A stretch of DNA of 32,000 bases from contig NZ_CP042905.2 in NCBI RefSeq assembly GCF_008000775.2, positions 3,390,001-3,422,000 on the forward strand, read 5' to 3'. The notes below the pieces were generated by a model. The model had not been told where the DNA came from and did not search any database. It worked only from the letters and a program-made list of their open reading frames with translations. Shown piece by piece: positions 26,788 to 32,000 of the stretch. The position numbers were made by a program, and so were the translations under genes. Positions within the stretch are counted from its first letter, which is position 1, and each line of letters starts with the position of its first letter. This DNA is from Promethearchaeum syntrophicum. GTDB lineage: Archaea; Asgardarchaeota; Lokiarchaeia; Sigyniarchaeales; Promethearchaeaceae.

Positions 26788-27855
26788 CTAAACTTTATCT
26801 ACCCATCCAAAATGGTCTTTAACTAATCCGGATTGAATTCCCGTTATTTCATCAAATAATTGTTGACTCAGAGGTCCAACTTTAAAATCATTTAATATAT
26901 ATTCTTGATCTTGATAATAAATTGATCCAATTGGCGCAATGACTGCCGCAGTCCCCATTCCAAACATCTCACTTAATGTACCATCCTTTAAAGCTTGAAT
27001 TATTTCATCAATGCTTATTTTTCGCTCAGTAATTTTAATTCCCTTTTTTTTACAGATTTCAATTACGGAATTTCGAGTAATTCCTGGAAGTATTGCCCCA
27101 TCTAGTTCAGGGGTTATTACTTCATTGTTAATTACAAATGAAACATTCATAGCTCCAATTTCTGAAGCATATTTCATTTCTTTTGCATCCAACCATAATA
27201 CTTGTGAAAAACCCTTTTTTTCAGCATCAGTTGAAGCTTTTAACGATGCAGCGTAATTTCCTCCAGTTTTAGCATCTCCAATGCCTCCAGGACATGCTCG
27301 AACATGGAAAGTTTCAACAGCTATTTTTACAGGTTTAAAACCATTTTTAAAATATGCCCCTACAGGACTTAAAATTATGTAAAACAAATATTCATCAGCA
27401 GAATGAACACCGAGAAAAGGTTGACTTGCAATCATCGTAGGTCGGATGTATAATGCGGTTCCTTTTTCTTTAGGTACCCAAGCTTTTTCCAGTTTGAGCA
27501 ATTCTTTCAATGCATTGATAATGTAATCAATATCAAGTTTTGGCATACACATTTTTTCTGCGGAATTATTCATTCTCTTGAAATTCATATCTGGTCTAAA
27601 TAAATCAATAGTACCATCTTCATGACCATAGCATTTCATTCCTTCGAAAATTTCTTGTCCATAATGTAAAACACTTGCCGCAGGATCTAAACTTAGATTC
27701 CCATAGGGAATAATTTTCGCAGGGCCCCATCCTCCCTGTGATTTTTTATATTCCATAATTAACATGTGATCTGTAAAATTCTTGCCAAATCTTAACTTAG
27801 AATAATCTTTTGGGATTTCTTTCAAATTTTTTGCTTTAATTATTTCGATTTCCAA
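26788..27855 (-). CDS. ilvE: Branched-chain amino acid aminotransferase, copy B (tandem paralogue)
   Basis: LHYGQEIFEGMKCYG, ALYIRPTMIA, GGIGDAKTGGNYAASL, GMGTAAVIAPIGSI. Extensive identity with the adjacent copy. Confidence 0.92.
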   Translation of the reverse strand: MEIEIIKAKNLKEIPKDYSKLRFGKNFTDHMLIMEYKKSQGGWGPAKIIPYGNLSLDPAASVLHYGQEIFEGMKCYGHEDGTIDLFRPDMNFKRMNNSAEKMCMPKLDIDYIINALKELLKLEKAWVPKEKGTALYIRPTMIASQPFLGVHSADEYLFYIILSPVGAYFKNGFKPVKIAVETFHVRACPGGIGDAKTGGNYAASLKASTDAEKKGFSQVLWLDAKEMKYASEIGAMNVSFVINNEVITPELDGAILPGITRNSVIEICKKKGIKITERKISIDEIIQALKDGTLSEMFGMGTAAVIAPIGSIYYQDQEYILNDFKVGPLSQQLFDEITGIQSGLVKDHFGWVDKV

Positions 27856-28071
27856 TTATTTCACCTTAGATAAATTAATAGTAAAAAGTCATTCATATTA
27901 ATTTCTGAAGGATAATTATAAAATATTTTGCATAGAAGAGAAGATTGGGAAAATAGTGGGAAAAAATTCAAGTAGATCGATTAGTTATAGATTTTGATTA
28001 ATAATAATGCTTAAAAATTGAGTCTTTTTGACCATAGAAAAAAAATAATGAAAAAGAAAAAAAATTTAGCC

Positions 28072-28090
28072 TGGGGGTCGTTGACCCCCA
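28072..28090 (-). terminator. Stem-loop terminator downstream of the transposase
   Basis: Perfect 8-bp inverted repeat TGGGGGTC-GTT-GACCCCCA, flanked by ATTTAG/CTAAAT complementarity. On the minus strand it is followed by GGCTAAATTTTTTTTC. Confidence 0.6.
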
Positions 28091-28097
28091 TTAAAGA

Positions 28098-29633
28098 CTA
28101 AATCTTATTTTTTTTTGAATCCACCTTAGTCCCTTGCAGTTCCACTACATTTGCCTTCCGTATCAATTGTTGGAAACCCTTTATCAAGAAGAAGCGACTT
28201 TTGGAGGTCATATATTGTGAGTTGGTAACCAAAAGTTGAGATATATCACGACGGAGACTGCGAGTTTGGGGAAATTCTAACATTGTACCGTGTTTGGTAT
28301 TTCGGCGCTGCAATCGCTGTATTTTCGCCTTGGTTTGTTCAAAAGTCGCATCATAGGAAACATTATTTACTAGGACTTGATATATAATGCGACTGAGTTT
28401 TTGAGCCACTCGCATCACGGCTTTCTTGTAAGGAAGTCCTCTTAAAACATACTGGCGATGAGCAAATTTAGCTAAGTCGCTTCCCTTGGCATAACCGTTG
28501 ACATATAACATGGCAATTTGTGATAAGGCGGTCCGAAGATGAGTATTAGTAAACCGATTGATATGACCGGGAGTAAATGTTCCTCCACTTTCCTTTATTT
28601 CAGGAACTACTCCGCAATATTTAGCAAAAGCCTTCCAATTGACAAACCGTCGAAAATCCCCTAATTCAGTAATTAAACGCAAGGCGGAAACTTGCCCTAC
28701 ACAGGGAATTCGGAGAAGTTGGAGGTACCAATATTCGAATTCAGCATCCTTAAGAATTTGTTTTTCGGTTTGCAATAAATATTGGGCAGCATTTGTTTCT
28801 GCTTGGAGATATTGGATGACTAATTGTCGCAAGTTGAACCGAGAAGTTTTGGGAAGTTCTATGTTAAAATAAGGCACATAATCATCTTGATGTTTCATCA
28901 AGCTGCTGATTGATCGCTTTTCTAACTGAGATGATTCTACCATTGCTTTAAATGCCCGTTTCATCGGACCTTCAGTTGTAATCATAAAATCGAGCAAGTG
29001 TAATTCCCATTCATGATGAAGATTAAGTTTATGCATGAAATTGACACTGCATAATACTCGATGAATACGATTCACGTATTTATTAGCTGCTTTCTTTGCA
29101 TGCTTGTAATTTCGCAGAGTATCCCGCAAATGGAAAAACTCGGGAGTACCGATATAACTTGGTCGTATTAATCGATCGTAGAAGCTAAGTTCTGCCATGC
29201 CTTGAGCATCTGCTTTATCATGTTTGTTTCCCAAATCGGTCAATTTACGGTGGACCAATAATGGATTCATTGCAATAATTTTCGTCTTTGAATTCGGAAA
29301 TGCATCTTCCAAGGCGTGATATACAGGTCGATGATATATGCCTGTGCATTCCATTAAATAATGGGAAACGGGAAGATATTTCTGTAAGAACTGGGTTAAT
29401 TCCTGCAATCCTTGAGGTTGATTTCGAAATTTATGGGTTCGAATTTGAATAATCAAGTTTTGCTCAGTTTGGGCCGCGACACTCACCACAATGTTCTCCT
29501 TATGAACATCTAAGCCGACCCCATATCGGACAATTTCAATTTCAGCACCAGATGAAGTAGATCCTTGAGAACTTCTCCTGGATTTTCGACGGGTTGTTTT
29601 TTTCCTAAAGCTTTTTGAGGGATTATGACTCAT
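28098..29633 (-). CDS. IS110-family transposase (DEDD RuvC-like domain plus Transposase_20-type C-terminal domain)
   Basis: GLDVHKENIVVSVA (D), YLMECTGIYH (E), DLGNKHDKADAQGMAEL (D..D), LRIPCVGQVSALRLITELGDFRRF...AKYCGVVPEIKESGG with candidate Ser, HLRTALSQIAMLYV. Confidence 0.92.
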   Translation of the reverse strand: MSHNPSKSFRKKTTRRKSRRSSQGSTSSGAEIEIVRYGVGLDVHKENIVVSVAAQTEQNLIIQIRTHKFRNQPQGLQELTQFLQKYLPVSHYLMECTGIYHRPVYHALEDAFPNSKTKIIAMNPLLVHRKLTDLGNKHDKADAQGMAELSFYDRLIRPSYIGTPEFFHLRDTLRNYKHAKKAANKYVNRIHRVLCSVNFMHKLNLHHEWELHLLDFMITTEGPMKRAFKAMVESSQLEKRSISSLMKHQDDYVPYFNIELPKTSRFNLRQLVIQYLQAETNAAQYLLQTEKQILKDAEFEYWYLQLLRIPCVGQVSALRLITELGDFRRFVNWKAFAKYCGVVPEIKESGGTFTPGHINRFTNTHLRTALSQIAMLYVNGYAKGSDLAKFAHRQYVLRGLPYKKAVMRVAQKLSRIIYQVLVNNVSYDATFEQTKAKIQRLQRRNTKHGTMLEFPQTRSLRRDISQLLVTNSQYMTSKSRFFLIKGFQQLIRKANVVELQGTKVDSKKNKI

Positions 29634-29671
29634 TGTAACTCACTGGATTCAGGTTGATTGAATCCATCACC

Positions 29672-29700
29672 GAGAGCAATTGTTCGTTGCAATTGCTCTC
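29672..29700 (-). promoter_or_regulatory. Perfect 11-bp inverted-repeat hairpin in the transposase leader
   Basis: GAGAGCAATTG-TTCGTTG-CAATTGCTCTC, 38 bp upstream of the transposase start codon. Confidence 0.6.
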
Positions 29701-29761
29701 AATTCTTTCTTTTGGTCGGATTTTTTACCAATGAAAGGATTTTCGCCAATATCACACCATT

Positions 29762-29874
29762 TCACGCGGATCTCACAAGGGATTGGTCCTTACACGGTCT
29801 GTTCAGACCCTCAAAGCGGATGCAAAGCCAAAAAAGATCCCAAAAGGCTCTGCATCCAATGCTGTGAGGCGTGA
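29762..29874 (-). ncRNA. Candidate structured RNA (possible bridge/guide RNA) upstream of the IS110-family transposase
   Basis: Outer stem TCACGC-GGAT-CTCACA (29762-29777) with TGTGAG-GCGTGA (29863-29874). Inner hairpins GGTCTG-TT-CAGACC (29796-29809) and GGATGCAAAGCC (29818-29829)/GGCTCTGCATCC (29846-29857). The one imperfect pair becomes G-U on the minus strand. Confidence 0.5.
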
Positions 29875-30395
29875 CAATATTTTATTAAATGACCACTCCC
29901 GTGATCACCTGGAAAAGAAGCTTTCTGTGGATCTTCCCTGTAAGTTTTCACGGAGGTTAGCCAAAGTCTTTGAAAGATGGGTGACCTCGAGCTTCAAATC
30001 CCAAGAATGGTCTTGGAATTCGGATCTCACGCAAAGGAATGACAAATTTTTTTTCGATATGATCGGGCGAACCGAGTCACATAAAAAGAACATTGTTCTC
30101 CAGTCCCCTTGGGATCCGCCTGCAACGAGTAGATTGGCGGTAATTATTATTTTGTCGGCAGATTATTTAATACTTTCGGAGTGCTAAGTGCTCCAAAAAG
30201 TCTTTTGGTGATGGATTCCTAAGTATGAATTCCAAAATTACACAAATTCAAAGAGCTTTCCTTTTCTATAAGTAAAAATCATGTTTAAGATGAAAATGGC
30301 GAAGGAGTTGAGTTGGAGAAATGACCTTCTTCAAAATAAAGCAAAAAATCGTAATTTAAGGAACTTCAAAAAAAAATATAATAAAAAATTAAATA

Positions 30396-31520
30396 TTATT
30401 CTTCTACAGCAGCAGTAACATTACCTTTTATTGATTTCATATGGGCATAATATTCTTCTCTCATTAATTCTAATGCTTTTACCAATACATTTGAATTTTG
30501 AGCCCGACTGCGGTATTGTTTTCGAATTGTGTCAACTAAATACCGGGGGTAGAATTTATCTATATAGAAATCACAAGTTAAGCAAAAGTATTCATTACCT
30601 TTGTCATCTTTAAACACTGCAACCATTTTTGTTTCCCAAAAGGATTTTAATACTCTATCAACATCGTCTACTCCCTTTTTCCGTAATTTCTCTAAATCAT
30701 TGCGAGTGACTATTGCTTCACGCATTAATTTTAACACTTCATAACATGCAGGATCCAATAATACTTTTTCAATGATTTCTATATTGTCTCGCTCACTTGG
30801 TGTATAATGTTTGAAGAAATTACGAATTTCAGAGGTATATTCGCCCACTAACGATTGAGGTAGGTGTCTATCAACGGGATCCTTTATTAATTCTGCAGGA
30901 GGGACTCTGAGAGCCATAATATCTTCAGAAAGAAATACTAAATCGGAAGACATGCCTTTGACAGAAGCAATTTTAGCAATCCCAAGTTTGACCATCGCAT
31001 TTAATATGTTTTCAATATCTACAAAACCTTCTTTGTACTGATCTTTTAACCATATAGAGATTTCAGATTTGGAAATGACACATTCTTCTCTGAGTCTCTC
31101 TAAAATCATACGTTTAATCTCGCTGTTTAGAAACATTCCATATCTCTGTTCTTCCTTTAGAGTTGGATAAACAGATAAGCGTTGGAATAAGGGAGGTAGA
31201 ATCGCATTCAAAGAATCCGACTCTAAATTCATAAGAATTTGACGTGTAATATCAGACAAACCCTCTTCATATACATCTCCATCTTCTTCCATGGATAGAA
31301 TCAGAATAACGTAAATTGCTGATTCTGGACCGGTATAATAGGAGGCCAGATTAACAGCGCCGGCTGCGATTGAAACTAACCCTGCTTCCCCAGTAAATTC
31401 GTGTTGGGAATAGAGTTGCATCAGTGTTTTTTCTTGAATTGTGGCTTCTTGTGGATAGGCCCCAAGTACTTCGACACCCATACGTTCATCCCAATGCATT
31501 ATGACTAATCCGGAAGGCAT
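30396..31520 (-). CDS. Archaeal protein with putative longin-like N-terminal domain and winged-helix-like C-terminal region
   Basis: 374 aa. MPSGLVIMHWDERMGVEVLGAYP... alternating beta/alpha start, then helical segments (ERLREECVISKSEISIWLKDQYKEGFVDIENILNAMVKLGIAKI, LMREAIVTRNDLEKL). Strong GGAGGG Shine-Dalgarno. Domain naming is inference. Confidence 0.65.
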   Translation of the reverse strand: MPSGLVIMHWDERMGVEVLGAYPQEATIQEKTLMQLYSQHEFTGEAGLVSIAAGAVNLASYYTGPESAIYVILILSMEEDGDVYEEGLSDITRQILMNLESDSLNAILPPLFQRLSVYPTLKEEQRYGMFLNSEIKRMILERLREECVISKSEISIWLKDQYKEGFVDIENILNAMVKLGIAKIASVKGMSSDLVFLSEDIMALRVPPAELIKDPVDRHLPQSLVGEYTSEIRNFFKHYTPSERDNIEIIEKVLLDPACYEVLKLMREAIVTRNDLEKLRKKGVDDVDRVLKSFWETKMVAVFKDDKGNEYFCLTCDFYIDKFYPRYLVDTIRKQYRSRAQNSNVLVKALELMREEYYAHMKSIKGNVTAAVEE

Positions 31521-31522
31521 TT

Positions 31523-32000
31523 TTAGATCCCTCCTGTAGCTTCTTCACTAGATGATAATAATTCATCACTAGGAACAGATTCTTTACCAATTCCAAGAAT
31601 CTCATTTAAATTCAAATCAAGTAATTTCCAATACTCATCAAATTTCTCAATAATTTCTTCGTTAGCTGAAACAGAGATATTGTCATCAGATATGGTCTTC
31701 TTTCCAGAAATATCGGATAAAACTTTGTTAATCATCTTAACAAATGCAGGAATTCGAGCATTTTGCACAAGTTTATACCCAACTAAAGATCCAACTAAAA
31801 TTACTACTGCTCCTACTCCCAATAACAGATAGAAGGTTGGAAAACCATCAAAGATTTCATCCATTTTAATGGTGATTGAAATAGTTTCTGATACTTCAGA
31901 ATAATGATCAGCAGTAATGGTTAAAGTTCCTTGGAAGGTATTATCACGGAAGAATGCATTTATTTGTTCCTTAGAATAGCTAACATTAGCAGTATACACA
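31523..32000 (-). CDS. C-terminal part of a membrane-anchored protein with Ig/adhesin-like extracellular beta domain (5' end beyond the window)
   Basis: GTLTITADHYSEVSETISITIK beta-rich segment, single TM FPTFYLLLGVGAVVILVGSLVGYKL, cytoplasmic tail. The GTG at 31999 abuts the window edge. Confidence 0.6.
   Translation of the reverse strand, partial: VYTANVSYSKEQINAFFRDNTFQGTLTITADHYSEVSETISITIKMDEIFDGFPTFYLLLGVGAVVILVGSLVGYKLVQNARIPAFVKMINKVLSDISGKKTISDDNISVSANEEIIEKFDEYWKLLDLNLNEILGIGKESVPSDELLSSSEEATGGI

Larger units (their letters stand above)
28021..30208 (-). mobile_element. IS110-family insertion element; boundaries approximate
   Basis: Transposase ORF plus a higher-GC, apparently non-coding upstream region to about 30190, contrasting with very AT-rich host flanks. 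Ends are not demonstrable from a single copy; approximate limits set by the composition shift and the AGTCTTTT direct repeat (28021-28028 and 30199-30206). Confidence 0.55.

Noticed and set aside
29762-29874. tRNA-like cloverleaf
   Set aside because: The multi-branch fold lacks an acceptor/anticodon/T-arm arrangement and a GTTCRA-type T-loop, so it is not a tRNA.
29905-30093. 62-aa minus-strand ORF plus small plus-strand ORFs at 29658-29874
   Set aside because: Short, overlapping, no family resemblance; better explained as part of the non-coding structured region.
29783-30187. 134-aa plus-strand ORF over the element leader
   Set aside because: TTG start, no recognisable domain, and it overlaps the strong RNA structures. 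The higher local GC makes long open frames more likely by chance. Kept as a residual possibility, not a feature.
1-32000. CRISPR array or cas/defence island
   Set aside because: No regularly spaced repeats seen on reading, and no Cas, restriction-modification or toxin-antitoxin proteins recognised.

Overview
AT-rich prokaryotic window, most likely from an Asgard-type archaeon. This is inferred from the small Rab/Ras-like GTPase, longin/roadblock-like proteins, zinc-ribbon proteins and archaeal gene style. Left third: two FtsX/MacB-type ABC exporter modules, the first permease running off the left edge, separated by a membrane zinc-ribbon protein and a small HTH-like protein. Middle: endonuclease IV, a zinc-ribbon membrane protein with an apparent ATT start, a longin-like/coiled-coil protein, 5-formyl-THF cyclo-ligase divergent from bifunctional purH, a small winged-helix protein, IMP dehydrogenase, a divergent small GTPase, an HD phosphohydrolase, a methyltransferase, an E1/MoeB-like protein convergent with a TusA-like protein, a LeuCD/homoaconitase pair, a zinc-lid adenylate kinase and two tandem branched-chain aminotransferases. 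Right third: an IS110-family DEDD transposase with a terminator-like hairpin downstream. Upstream lies about 550 bp of higher-GC, apparently non-coding DNA with a strong multi-branched RNA fold (12-bp outer stem plus inner hairpins) on the transposase strand. It is a candidate bridge/seek-type guide RNA and the best lead in the window. The window ends with a longin-like/winged-helix protein and the C-terminus of a membrane-anchored surface protein.
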